Part shown: positions 51,858-64,000 of the stretch, in pieces | Layout of the letters: the number at the start of each line of letters is the position of its first letter | Position numbering within the stretch: position 1 is the stretch's first letter | Program-made: the position numbers and the translations under genes | The notes under the pieces: model-generated | Told to the model about the DNA's origin: nothing | The model's database searches: none | What the model saw: the letters and a program-made list of their open reading frames with translations, nothing else | Source: Octopus sinensis | Taxonomy: Eukaryota | Length of the DNA: 64,000 bases | Assembly: GCF_006345805.1 (NCBI RefSeq) | Contig: NW_021833026.1 | Location: forward strand, 558,001-622,000 | Direction of reading: 5' to 3'

Positions 51858-52244
51858 TCGGACTCGAATAGGAGGAGAATCGACTGAAAGCAGACGCAAT
51901 AATTAAAAATCAATTTTACCTGGACTATTCAAATAAATTATAATGCTCTTAATTATATGGTTGTCTCTCTGAACGAGTTAGTTAGCCTTGTTCTGTCAGG
52001 AAATTGAGACTAGGCTCACATCCAGTGATCAACATTTTCAAAAAATGACCTTCCCAGTGATTCTAAAGAAAAAAGCAAATCGCATTGCACTAGTTCTGGC
52101 ACCTGGTAGCAAGTAAAACGCGAATACAACCACATTGAACGCCAATTGAAATATAAATGGCACAAATTAGTAACTTGAGAAAAAGATGTAAAGTCGGCTT
52201 GAAAACAAAGATGGAAGATATAAAATAATCTCAAATTTTAATTA
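51858..52244. repeat. About 387-bp direct repeat, copy 1
   Basis: tcggactcgaatag...aataatctcaaattttaatta is near-identical to 55809-56192. Confidence 0.92.
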
Positions 52245-52391
52245 ATCTACATCTACTCTGTTTTATTTTGTTCAACAATAAAAATTCAATTCATAAAGAA
52301 TATTTAAAACACAAAAACGAGAAATCTGCCTTTATTTGACAAACTATAAATTTAAAATTCGTCCCAAAAATTATTCCGTTTCCGAGCTCTG

Positions 52392-53950
52392 TCAAGAATA
52401 GACATCGCGGAGATATCTTCCTCGTCTGCAAATTACAACTAACTTATTCCAACCATAAATTCTTTCCATTTTCGGACGAATATTTCCTGTGAAGTCCAAC
52501 GGGTTTTCGACGTTGTTAGAATAAATTTCCCGCTCTGGAGATATTGAAACTCTGTTTTCCCGCGGTTTGTCAAAATTTTTCACAACTTTCTCGTTTTTAA
52601 ATGTGTCAAAAAAGCATTTTTTCTTGCTTTTTTTAGGCACTTTATAAATAAGTGTTACTGTGCAATACTTGCTGGTCGAAAAGTAGTTTTTTGAGTGCAC
52701 TTAATTTTGGATGGTTTTTCAACGGTCTTTTCTTCAGTGACAGGAGAAGGGTCTTCAGTCCCAATACCAATACTGATAGCATCCACTCCCAAAGTCTCCC
52801 TAAGGAGTAAAATGACCAAATGTACGGGACGTCTGTTTGTGTGGAGGTTTCAGCATCTCGGGCTGTCTGAACAGCCACACTAAATTTATTCGGAGGCAGA
52901 TGAAATGCCGTTTTTGGAAAAGTTTTTTTATTTTGTTCGACTTTTATTTTTTCCTTAGGAGCGTCCAATCTGTAAATAAAAAGCATTTTTGGGTACATTT
53001 TTGACATTTGTACACCCACTTGATTTGGCTTTGATGTCTCCCCTGTCGATATACTTTTAGGTGAATCAGTTCTTGGATCATCTAAAAATTATTACTTTGG
53101 AGAATCGGCGGGAAATGAACGTGGAGTGGCCGATTGGTCGTCCCACATTTGAGCATTTCGGGAAATGAGTTGGAGAAAGTGATTCCGACTAAAGTGCATT
53201 CCTCTTCCTCGTTCCTCATATTCCGAAGCCAGTTTTCGAAGGCGGAGGATCTGCTCATACCAATTCTACGATTCAGGCCACTTTCGGTTCAACCTCCTCA
53301 TCCTTCCCTTCAGTGGGGGACCTATACGTGGACTGGTACTCCGAAGTCCTTCCTCTACAAAATTATGATGTCTTATTTACCGCGGCTGCTTGTCAAATAT
53401 TTTCGGCACTGTTGTTATGACTACTTAAATATTTTGTTACCTTTTTTATTGGTAGATTTCTACAAATAAAAATTTCATTAAAACCTTTTTTTGGGGTTCG
53501 GTGATGGTTTTTGGAGGTTTTCTCTCTTCAATAGTCCAATGCCTGTATTCTCGTTGATATTCAGATTTTTGCTATGATTTATATGAGATGGGATACTCTG
53601 GGAGCTGGTCTCATTTTTTCGACGGTGGAAGGGTCCGTGGTTACCATTTTTTCAGGTTTAGTTTTTGTAGTGTCATCAGTTTGAATCGAAATGTTGATTT
53701 TTGATTCATTTTGAAGTTTTGTGATTTTTTGAATTTGTTCATTCCCTTTTTGTTCCGACATGTCAGGTCTCGGAGGAGTAGGCTGAGGTTGTTCTATTTT
53801 TGTATGCGGAAGGCAGATTGTATTTGTTGGTTTCTCAATATGAAAATTGGAAATACTTTAGAAAAACGTTTTCTAATTTTGTATAAAATACCATTCGAGA
53901 ATTTGTCATTTTTTCCTATAACTGCATACTCCGAATCCCCATTGACCAAT
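52392..53950 (-). CDS. Hypothetical low-complexity protein with several xQT motifs
   Basis: Open segments rich in S/T/P/K/E with NISIQTD, SVAVQTA, ETSTQTD; exon structure not resolved. Confidence 0.4.
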
Positions 53951-54215
53951 TTTTCCGATGGTGGAAATCTCTTTTTACGGGCAAAAAATGGTTCTATAAA
54001 GAATTATGAATTTTTATGTATCCACCACATATTTCCTCACGCATTACAAGTAGTAACCGTTGCTACGAGTCTAGCCGTCTATAATTTAATGAACACTTAT
54101 TTATTAAATTTTATAAACAATTATTTATCAAAAACTCAACCTAATTATAATCATCCATTTTCGAGTTTCTAATTTAATCGCTCATAATATAAAATTATGC
54201 ACATCAAACAAAAAT

Positions 54216-55354
54216 TCAAATCATAGTCCCAACTAGGGAGACTTCCTCCTCGGATACAACAGGGTCAGGGAGTTGGCTGACAGATGGGAGAACCACCTCA
54301 GCACGCAGTCCATCATACTCTTCCTCCAAGTCACCTCCCCCAACAGTAAAGTCAAGAGAATCAATCCCTTCAAGCATAAGACTACACTCATCCATAGTAT
54401 GGCCAATCTCCTCCAAATCGACAGTAGGAGTACGAATACTGAGGACAGACATGACCTACCAGTCAGAAACAAAACCAACTGATTTATTAACCAAATTCAA
54501 GTCGTGTTGGGCGAGAATGGAAGTGAGGTTGTCCACAACTGCATCAATATAGTCAATTCTCTTCTCAATTCTCTTTCCTCTCCTCATAAGACGCAATGTC
54601 TGCAAAAATGACATTCATTTAACACCTTCAATTTATTGGAGGAATGGACACTTTCTCTGATGAGTTGATTGACTCTATAACTCACCCAAAGTACTATACA
54701 GGCAGAGGGAATCCTCCTTTTCCTTCCTTTGGACTCCCAACTCCTCCACCATCCACTCACATTTGTGCACAAATAAGTCAGACTGGCTTATTTGTCCATT
54801 TAACTTGATTAGACCATCCTGCATATTACAAGTGTCCATCCTCCTTAATATTCCTACCAGAGTGGTCTCGTCCACTCTCCATGAAAGTTCTTTGGCTAGT
54901 TGTTGTAAGGAAAGCACTCTGTTTTCCAGAATGTGGACAATTTCAGTCTCCAATTGCTATGAAATAGGGAAATGGAATACTTTAACACAGCCAGTGTGAA
55001 TATATTCCTTTTCATTGCTGGAAATAAAGAGACTGGAAAGGGAATTGACGAGGTTGTCCACAGTCCAGGATGTGTTTAGGGAGAATGATGTGAGGGATTG
55101 AAGTGTCCCTTCTCTGGTGATGAGGGAGGAGGTGAATACTTTTCCATTTCTTGAATTACATCGAATAGACATGGTGGAATACGACCGTTATTTGTGAATA
55201 CATTTTGGATTGAAAGTAATGATAATTTTATTTGTTTTGTGGCAGACATATGCTGGTTGATTTGTTTTGACCAATATTTGACTTTGGATAGTCTGTCTTG
55301 GGGGTTGACCTTGCTTATTGGTTGGTACATATTATACAAAGCCGAGTCACACAT
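54216..55354 (-). CDS. CHMP7: CHMP7-like ESCRT-II/III hybrid protein
   Basis: SALYNMY...VNPQDRLSKVKYWSKQI...IQNVFTNNGRIPPCLFDVIQEM..EGTL...SW parallels the CHMP7 N-terminus; Snf7-like C-part ending DLEEEYDGL. Confidence 0.75.
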
Positions 55355-55808
55355 CGGCAAGATCAATCTATTATTTATTTTAAATTGATATATATTTATA
55401 ATATAATTAAGAATTCATTAATTATTTTAACAAATATCAAAAAAGATTGACGGGCTGGACAAAAAGTTGAAGGCGTCATAGTAAAAGAAATTTCATTTTT
55501 AAAAGAGTCTTTTTTACTTTCAATTCTCCTGCCTACACAAAGCCATCCTAAGGTCTCTGAGATGAGTTTGAGGGTCGATAAAGAACAGTGATTCTCAATT
55601 TTTATGTACTAAAAAACAAAATTTTCTAAAGATCCTATCGGATTTTAGACATGTTTTTAATTGATCGTCTTTATGACGTGACTTGGTGTAGAAAAGCGGA
55701 GATTTTATTTCAGACCAAATGATGGCATTGCAATAAGCAATGAATATGAATTAAATTCGGACATTTTTGTTTCAAAAAACACAAATTCTTTTATTTTCCA
55801 AGACATGT

Positions 55809-56192
55809 TCGGACTCGAATAGAAGGAGAATCGACTGAAAGCAGACGCAATAATTAAAAATCAATTTTACCTGGACTTTCAAATAAATTATAATGCTCTT
55901 AATTATATGGTTGTCTTTCTGAACGAATTAGTTAGCCTTGTTCTGTCAGGGAAATGAGACTAGGCTCACATCCAGTGATCAACATTTTCAAAAAATGACC
56001 TTCCCAGTGATTCTAAAGAAAAAGCAAATCGCATTGCACTAGTTCTGGCATCTGGTAGCGAGTAAAGCGCGAATTCTACCACATTGAACGCCAATTGAAA
56101 TATAAATGGACAAATTAGTAACTTGAGAAAAAGATGTAAAGTCGACTTGAAAACAAAGATGGAAGATATAAAATAATCTCAAATTTTAATTA
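55809..56192. repeat. About 387-bp direct repeat, copy 2
   Basis: Near-identical to 51858-52244 with a few substitutions and single-base indels. Confidence 0.92.
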
Positions 56193-56706
56193 CAAATAAA
56201 TTTGTGTGGCCGTTCAGACAGCCCTTTTATTTTCCAAGACATAAAAATTATTTTAAATACCTACCTAACACAGGCCATTAATATATATTATTATCATTAA
56301 CCAGACATTTTTCAATTTGCAAGGAAAAAACAGTTTTTCTAAGTGTATTTTTAAGGAATTTTCAACGCTTTTAGCCATTTCGTCAATTTTTATCATTACT
56401 CACAGGTAAACTAAATGTCAGTAAACTATATTCTGACGACTGCTAATAACTAAAGCTGCAATGATCTTGTCTTTCTTGGCTGCCAAATAATCGGAATAGT
56501 GGCGGAGGCTTGGAATTCAAGAGGCAAATTGCCATGGGACTGAGTGCTTTCCTGAAAATGAACAATATATGAAAAATCGGAGATATTTGTTTAAGGAATA
56601 AATTCAATCGTGTTTTTCAAATATATAAATATTTCAAATTATCAAAATATTTAAATAAATTTCAAATAAAACTATATCTTGTTCTTGTGGGAACAACTAG
56701 AAGTTA

Positions 56707-59329
56707 ATGGACAAATATGATAACGAAATTATTCAAAATGTATTTTAACAACCAAAACATAGGATATTTGGGGAGAAAGTCTCTTAAAAAAGAAGACTCC
56801 TCAAAAACCTTCCCAACCCCCGAGAACTCTAAAATACTCTCCCTCATCCTCCTCCAAGACCAGTCTTATAAAGAATGGAATAAAACAATTAAATAGCCTG
56901 GAGACATCCCAGAAGGAATCCACCCCTCAAACCACCCCCCAAATGTCCTCCCCCTCCTTCGAATTTCCCGCCATTACTGATATCCCAATCGACAAATCTA
57001 CAAGTCGAGGGAGGACCTCGAATTACAGACGGCTGAACATGAAAAGACAATATCACCCACCTGGAAAGAGAAAGTCGAGAAAATATCCGCGATTCCGTGG
57101 AAGGACAGTCACGGAAGACCCCTCAGGTGAGGACCAGGTGATATTCCAGCTGACTTTGTGGTGGAACACACAGAGAGAGTGGTCTCCCTCTGCGATGGGT
57201 GGGAATTGGAAGGGGAGTGTCCTTCATTTGAGGGTTCTGTGGTGAGGGATGTGATAAAACGTGGTGATTGGGGAGTATCCTTCTAGATCAGTCATTGGTG
57301 GCCAATTTGTTCAAAATGGAGTCAATTGTGGGAGTAATAAACACAGCAGGACTCCACTTTGCTCAAAGAAGGGGGTCTATTGGCCTGGTTATTGTGGATG
57401 ATGATATAATCACTGAATTACCCCAATTTGTAGTGCACTGACTGACCAATGTAGCACTCCAATCCATCTGTTCGGTGTATTAACAATAAATGTAATTATT
57501 ATGAAATTAAGTCAATCACTGCCCAACTGACAGACCCGAATATTACCACAGTCGTCCTTCCCAGCAGAATATGTCTCAGGACCCTGCCTTTACTGGCTGT
57601 GGCATTGGGGACCAGGCTTGTCTCATTCGTGGCAATAATCGACGGTCAGAGGGTACTACCTGTGCCTGGATTTTCCACTGATTTATTCAACACAGTTCAA
57701 GTGTGACTTTTTGTTACAGTTTGTATAGAATATAAAGCACTACCATGGAATTACACGTTTTTGTGCTTTTGTAAACATAATGGACTGTGAATTGCTTGAG
57801 AAGGCTAAAATGGTGTTTAATACTGACAAGATTGTGAGTTATCCACAGACTGAGACACTCCTAAAGTGTTGTCCTGTCAATGAAATGGACTGTCGGGTAG
57901 AATAACAATTTGAGTGGGGAGAGTATTGTAGGGATAATGGAGCATGTCCACCTTCAGTACTCTTCGTTTATAGTGGTGTGTGACACTCCAAGCACAGTGG
58001 AGACATTATACAACAATATTGCCCGGACTACTGCTTTAGGCATGATTTGATATGTCAGTGTTCAGGCACTGTGCTGGCAGTCCATCAATATTCCCCAAAG
58101 GCACTGAGACTTGGAGTCCTCAAAAGACCCAAATTCAACCTTCTGTTCACAACTGAGAGATTCGGTCGTTATTTATTGTCTGATTGTGTGAGTACTGGTG
58201 AGTGTTGTGTCTGATTGGAAGCATTCATTTACTATGGAGTGCTACAGTCATTCTTCTCTGCCATTGGTCTAGTCAGGAATATGTTCTGTGTTACCCCCAT
58301 TGATCAGGTCTCCTCCTTTAATGACTCCTCTCGACATGTCCATCAACTCCATGTGGATAAATGTCAGTTTAGAGAGCTTTTGTGTGACTTGTTTGTGGGT
58401 GATCACAAATATATATTCCTTACTAGTGGTGATAAATATGATCTTCATCCCAATGGTGGTGTTTGTGTGTTATTAGGCAGTGATTGGGGGAGTTTGTGCT
58501 CGAATTGAGGAGGTGGTTGGTCACCAAAGGTTCCATTCTGTCTCCAATGGGTCTCCACGAGTTTGTGAGGTCGGATTTGATGGGACTGAGGATGAGTGGA
58601 CTTGTCTCCTCAATGAAGTGATATTACACGCCTCATGTTAATAGAATACATTTTTGTCACAGATTGCTAATTTTGTAAAGCCAGTTGACAATTGGTCGTC
58701 GTTCAGAGTGGATATAATTGATTTCTGTAATAAAATGGAATATGAATTGGTCTATGCAATATCAATGCTGTATTCTCTCAAATGGAGGGATCAGGGGGAT
58801 GGGTTTGTGGCCTCTTCTGGGTTGTCGGTGGAAATGAGTGATTATGGCACTGTTTTTGTGCATGATCCTCCCTATTTTGATTCAGAGAGAGTCGAAGAAT
58901 TGTTCAATGATTTGGTCACTCACCAGAGTCGGATAATTGAGAGGGGAATGGCACATGTGTCCCTAATCCACTATACTGTCCAGTAATGTGTGCATGACTA
59001 ATATTAGTCCCACTGACAATCCTCGACTAATCGACATGAATGAGATTAGACAAGAATATGAGAATAAAAGTGTGAAGGGAGTCTCATTCGAGCAAGATTT
59101 GGACTTGTTGAATGAATTGGTGGGGAGGTTTGTGAAGATGTATGGGGATGTACCGGGGATGAGTGGGAGAGTTGTGGCAATGCTCCTACACGGAATTGGG
59201 ACTCCTGCATTCCCGTCCTTCATTTGGAAATCTGTTAAACAGTTTTGGAGATGCGGGTTGTGTTTTGACTTTAACTCCCTCGTGAGATCAGCTCACAGTC
59301 TTTTACACATCCGGTCTTTTGATATTTGA
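56707..59329 (+). CDS. RECQL4: RECQL4-like protein with degenerate helicase motifs
   Basis: SNYRRLNMKRQ (cf. ENYVRLNMKQK), RHVH, FRVDIIDFCNKMEYELVYAISMLYSLKW...GLSVEMS, and C-terminal SGRVVAMLLHGIGTPAFP...FWR (cf. SSRAVARIFHGIGSPCYP...FWR); more than 10 micro-introns. Confidence 0.82.
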
Positions 59330-59879
59330 TTTTCTAATAAAATTACAGTTTACTCTCGATTGGAAGCTATAACTACATTTTTTGGACAAAATGCTTTTTT
59401 TGGTAAGGAAATTCCATTACTCGCCACGTTAAAATATTAAAAATTTATTAAAAAATTAATTTTGCAAATATTTATACTGCGTGTCTTTTTTGTGAACATG
59501 TAGAGTTTCCTGTCAGGTATTTCTAAAGTGGAGCTAGTGGTCTCCCCTTTGGGAGCTACAGAACATTTTAGGGAAGCCGCAAAAAATTGAGATCTTGAAT
59601 AACAAAAATTTAAATTGTATTATTATTAATAAGCACACTGCAAAATAACGTTAGTAAAGTTATCCCGCTTGTGCCACCCTCTCCTGGATGCGTTTTGTTA
59701 ATCGCTTCCAAGTCCCTTTGTTCCTCGATAGTTCCCTCAGGTAAAAAATATTTGATTTTTATTTTTGACTAGGACTGGCATTGATGACAGCTTTCAGTCT
59801 CGGGTCGGTTTCATTCTCGGCTCGCGATAAATAGATTTTCAATCTGACATCATGGCAATTCAAGCTTTTGCAAAGTAAC

Positions 59880-60740
59880 AAAGAAAATTTTCCATATACA
59901 CTGATTTAACAAACAAATTTCCTAATCTGCAGACGAGAGCTCAATTTGTTCAATTTTTAATCAAACTATTCTGTTAAACGTGGCTTCATCAAAACTAGTG
60001 GCGGTGATTGAGTCCATGACCTCTACTATAGTTTATTGTTTTCGTGACCAGACTAATAATTTTTTTTATCTTTAAAATTTTTGAGCACAAATTTGTCTGA
60101 TGATAATACAATGAAAATGTGCAAATGTATTCAACTCGCATTTTCGTACCAACTCCAGCATGTCGTCGAGCCATATTAGGGACACCATCGGTGCACAAAC
60201 ATACAAGCTTCTTTAAATCAAATCCATAATAAAAGAGAATTTGTTGTAGTTTTACAGACTTTTAGTAATATCGTGCATTAGTACCAGTTCGAGAAATTTT
60301 TTTATAAAATTTAAAAATCGAGTCACAAGCCCAAAAAAGATTGCTAATTGGGCAATTCCAATAACGTTGGCTGTTTCATCGATCGCAGTTGAAAAATATT
60401 AAAATTTCAACAATTCAAATTTTAATTGCTGTTTCAAATTTCTTTGACATTTCTTTGATTCAAATTTTAAAGACATTTCTTTGATATGTTCGGCAACTGT
60501 GTTTCTAGTCAAAAAAATCTCTAATGAAATTCTCATTATCTGGACAAATAATTTTGACTGTTTTGACCAGACATTGTTTGATGAAATCAGCATCACAATA
60601 TGATTTCCCATTCACTGCAAGCATTCTGCTGATTTCATAACTTGCAGTAACTGATGCAATACTTCGACTGTGATTTTTTGTGAAATGAGTCTGTGACGAA
60701 GTCAAATTATTTCATAACTCATTTAGCTTTGAAAGACGCG
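59880..60740 (-). mobile_element. GTF2IRD2/SPIN-like hAT transposase remnant
   Basis: ASYEISRMLAVNGKSYCDADFIKQCL, LTRNTVAEHI, TDG(V)PNM, GHGLNHRH; frameshifted. Confidence 0.8.
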
Positions 60741-60759
60741 GTGAACCTTTTGGTTTATA

Positions 60760-61200
60760 AATAACTTAGTACCAAGTAATAATATTGCTAAGGGGTATTT
60801 CATGTCTCCACAAATATTGTTCAACAGTTTTAAAAATTGTTAGTCCTCTTGTGTCGAGTTCAAGGTGTTCAGAAAATAAAAATTCTTCTTGAATTACATC
60901 ATTTTGATTAATATAAAATACGTAAATTGATAAAAATGCAAAACTCTCCGTAAATGTTGATTCATCAATTTGATTTGAAAATTTTTTTGTTCTTAAAAAT
61001 GCACATAATGTTTCTTCGATATCAGATGCCATTTACTAAAAGGAATTAATCAGAATCACAATTAACCATTAAATTTAGCACTTCCTTGACAGCTGCTAAT
61101 ATTAAAGACTCTCCAATTGTATGAGGTTTTCCTGATTTTGCTATCAATTGTGATATTTTGTATGATGCTAATGGACCTTTTCAAGCATCTTTGAATTTTT
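60760..61200 (-). mobile_element. ZBED5/SCAND3-like hAT transposase remnant
   Basis: ASYKISQLIAKSGKPHTIGESLI, MASDIEETL, QIDEST, EEFLF; includes a GT-AG micro-intron-like gap near 61030-61060. Confidence 0.75.
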
Positions 61201-61349
61201 TGTAAATATTTGGAAAAATGATTTTCTTAATTATTTTAATAATTTAATGTTCTTTTTTTTAATATTTTAACGTGAAAACTATAACTTTTTATTAATAAAG
61301 TTTAAAAACTGTGAAAATAAGTAGGGTTGTTCAATAAAGTTCAATTAGA

Positions 61350-63110
61350 ATATGGTTCTTTTGAAATTAACGACAAACCAACTTAATGAAATAAAAAATT
61401 TTGATGACACCACTACTATACACGATAAAGAAAAAAGGAGAAGGCTCAGGACGCTTAAAAATCGTTTTTGCTTCAAAGTTCCTGAAAAAACGTATATAAA
61501 AGTCGGAAATAAAAAACTGCGTTTTTTTACTCTAGAAGAAAGTGAGCTAAAGTTAAAAATTATTGAGGTATCCATTTTAAAACAATTGAAGATCGAGCAT
61601 ATGAATACTCATTTTGTTAGAGACAGAATGCTCTCGTTATTAAGAGACCAAATATATTCAGTAACAAGGGAAGAAATTTGTAGTGTGATAGCAAAATGTG
61701 TCTATTGCCAAGTAATGTTGTTAATCAGTGTTAGTCGAAAAATTTCATGGCAACAAAACCAACACTTTCCTTATAAAAATTCATATTTTAGTCTTTTTTA
61801 GCAGTCGAACTTATTTATGCGAAACCAACAACAAAGTTAAAAAAACAAGAAATAAGAAAAGCTATTTTTTAAGAAGCCAATCGATACTGAAGACTGGAGG
61901 ATCGTCTGAAATATAATTTTATTTTTGTCAAAAATACCGTTTTTGTCATCTTTCTTATTCCCTTTATCATCGTTTTGATCTTCGCCGCATCTCTTTTGAT
62001 CTTTTTCTTGGTTTCGAAGTCCTTTTGGTTTTCTGTTGCCACACACTTTTGGGATTTTTAAATTTCTCATAAAATGTGTATATGTCCGTTTTTTATCGAC
62101 GACATCTGATAAAATAATTGTTATACTAATCAAACAATATATTTGCCAGTCATCAGTTATGATAGGGTCTGGTAGTCTTATAAAATTGGCTCTTGGATTA
62201 TCCCATTGACGCATAGCTTCTCTCTCGATATCTATAAACGATATCGATATCTATCCAAATGTCATCATTCATTGTATTTGAATTGTCCCATTCTCTCCAC
62301 AGAGATTGTCTTTGTTCGTTTCTTTGTCTTTGAGTCTCATTTTGGCTATTCCAGTTGATGTCTGACCACTCATCGGCTTTACATCGACATGGAATTCTCA
62401 TGCAAGTACAGTTGTGATTATCTTCAGGCATATTTAATTGTTAACGCGTAAATAATATCGACTGTATTTATAGTCGATTTGGGGCGTTTCGGCTTAATAA
62501 AATTAGAAAATCAAAAAAAATTTACGACATTGACGCGTAATTTATTATTAAAATAGTAAAAAATATATTTTATTACTAATATTTTTTCAATATATTATTA
62601 GTAAAAAAAAGAATCCCAAAATAGTTTTTATTTACTCCTTTTGCATAACACAAATTCTTGAGTTTAGCCATTTCCCCAATGGCTTGTAAAAACTATTGAC
62701 TGGGTCTTTAAATAATACTTTCAAATTACCTTAGTAGTTCTTTTATCTTTAGAATACTGAAAACCAGCAAATTTTGCACAAATTTTGCACAAAAACTAAC
62801 CCTAACCCTAACAACAAAACCAACAAAACCAGAATGACATTACAGACAATGGGAAAGAGTTCAAGAATAAATGCATAAAGATAATGTGCTCCGAATTAAG
62901 ACGACCTAGAACACACCGGGTTCAGGGGCAAGTGGAGAGGTTTCTTATAGTCAATTTATTTGTAGGTTTAATCAATCAATTAAAAGATGGATTAGCTCTA
63001 CAAGTGCATACAACGGAATGCTAGGGAAATTCAAGGAATTTTATCAATAAATTGTATACAAATATAACACTACACAACATGAAACTACGAAATGGGCGCC
63101 CTTCAAAATT
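61350..63110 (+). mobile_element. Second Ginger2-like integrase remnant (N-part 61350-61840; core fragments 62840-63110)
   Basis: EHMNTHFVRDRM...VTREEICSVIAKCVYCQ (HHCC) with micro-intron-like inserts; TDNGKEFKN and QGQVERF downstream. Confidence 0.65.
61900..62431 (-). CDS. Hypothetical small protein lying between the Ginger2 fragments
   Basis: ATG ORF MPEDNHNCTCMRIPCRCKADEWS... overlapping a second open frame; no homology recognised. Confidence 0.2.
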
Positions 63111-63704
63111 TTTATGGGGGATAAAAGAGATTCGGAGAGAACAGAAGATCAAATAAATGCATTGTTAATGTTCGACGGAACAAATGCAGAACTAAGTGAT
63201 GAGTCAAATTCGAATTATTTTGAAAATGGCCATAAAAGAACTGAGAAACAAGTGCATGAAAACCTTGTTAAAGCTGGAGAGAAAATGAAAAAACGTCGTA
63301 AGTAGAAATATGACGCAAAAGACATTGAATTGGAGATACAGTGCTGCTGAAACACGCCAGGGATGATAACCCTGGTAACCGTAGATACCCATTATATGAC
63401 GAATTGGATATAAATAAGTACACAGTTTCAGAAAAATTTGAAACTACGTGTACTATTAATAAAGATAATGGAGAAACAGTATCAAACGTGCATTTTAGTA
63501 GATTGAAAAAATTTGATTAAAATTTTGAATTTTTTTATACGAATTAATTCTTATTTTTTATTGACTCCCATTAAATAAATAAATTTTTATTTATTTTGAA
63601 AATGTAAAGCACAAATGTATAATGTGTGATTTATGCAACAGGCAGAAATATAAAAACTAATAAAAGCTATAAAACCGGTGACATATTTTAAATTAGAAAA
63701 ATAC

Positions 63705-64000
63705 TTAATATCCCATCAGGTTTCTCAGGACAAATCTACCTTTGACAAAATTCATTTCTGAAAATAGAGATTCGCAGGCATACGTCGATGAAAAAATTGT
63801 TATTATCGCGATCGCTAATTTTTTTAAACAACAAAATTTATCAGGAACGGAATTCCATACTGTCAGTATTTTTTCTTGTGAGGTCTTTTCATGTGAAATT
63901 GATAATTGATCATTTTCAATTATTTCCAAAGTATTTTTCAAATCAACAAATTTCTGTTTCCAAATAAAACTGTAATGTAGATCTATTAGCTGCATTTCCA
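63705..64000 (-). mobile_element. hAT transposase C-terminal dimerisation region (EPM2AIP1/GTF2IRD2-like)
   Basis: LQLIDL, WNSVPDKFCCLKKLAIAIITIFSSTYACESLFSEMN; runs off the window. Confidence 0.8.

Noticed and set aside
51858-56192. LTR retrotransposon defined by the 387-bp repeats
   Set aside because: No TG..CA termini, no PBS/PPT recognised, and no gag/pol between the repeats; the interior is host genes.
55900-56560. Tctex-type dynein light chain gene
   Set aside because: Partial resemblance (SIGVQCG...ATRC) but I could not assemble a stop-free spliced frame.
62796-62812. Telomeric (CCCTAA)n repeat
   Set aside because: Fewer than three full units inside transposon debris; not distinguishable from chance.

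Overview
Eukaryotic, AT-rich, very compact animal genomic DNA; it is not prokaryotic, and I found no rRNA, tRNA or CRISPR array. The six-frame ORF track is fragmented because genes are split by very short (about 21-30 nt) GT-AG introns, which I spliced by hand. Recognisable genes: a stand-alone GNL3/Nug1 N-terminal domain, a SET/NAP chaperone, UBR7, an E-protein bHLH, TMEM17, PARN-like, ZPR1, TSG101, DP (TFDP), RBBP4, SF3B4, PRODH2-like, SEC61G, EIF3H, STIP1/HOP, POLR3K, CHMP7 and RECQL4-like. These sit among nested transposon debris: RLE- and APE-type LINEs, CRE-type elements, Buster/SPIN hATs, intron-containing Ginger2-like integrases, and a Helitron-like element carrying a 95-bp tandem array. 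Micro-introns together with a ciliary gene suggest a reduced parasitic animal such as a dicyemid (inference only). Main leads: (1) a RECQ4 with an intact spliced frame but degenerate helicase motifs (pseudo-helicase); (2) several other proteins stripped to core modules; (3) a TTAGT motif abutting the ATG of many genes; (4) transposases carrying host-type micro-introns, one of them hit by a twin-primed CRE insertion. All homology calls are by eye against remembered family motifs; no searches were run, and exon boundaries are manual.
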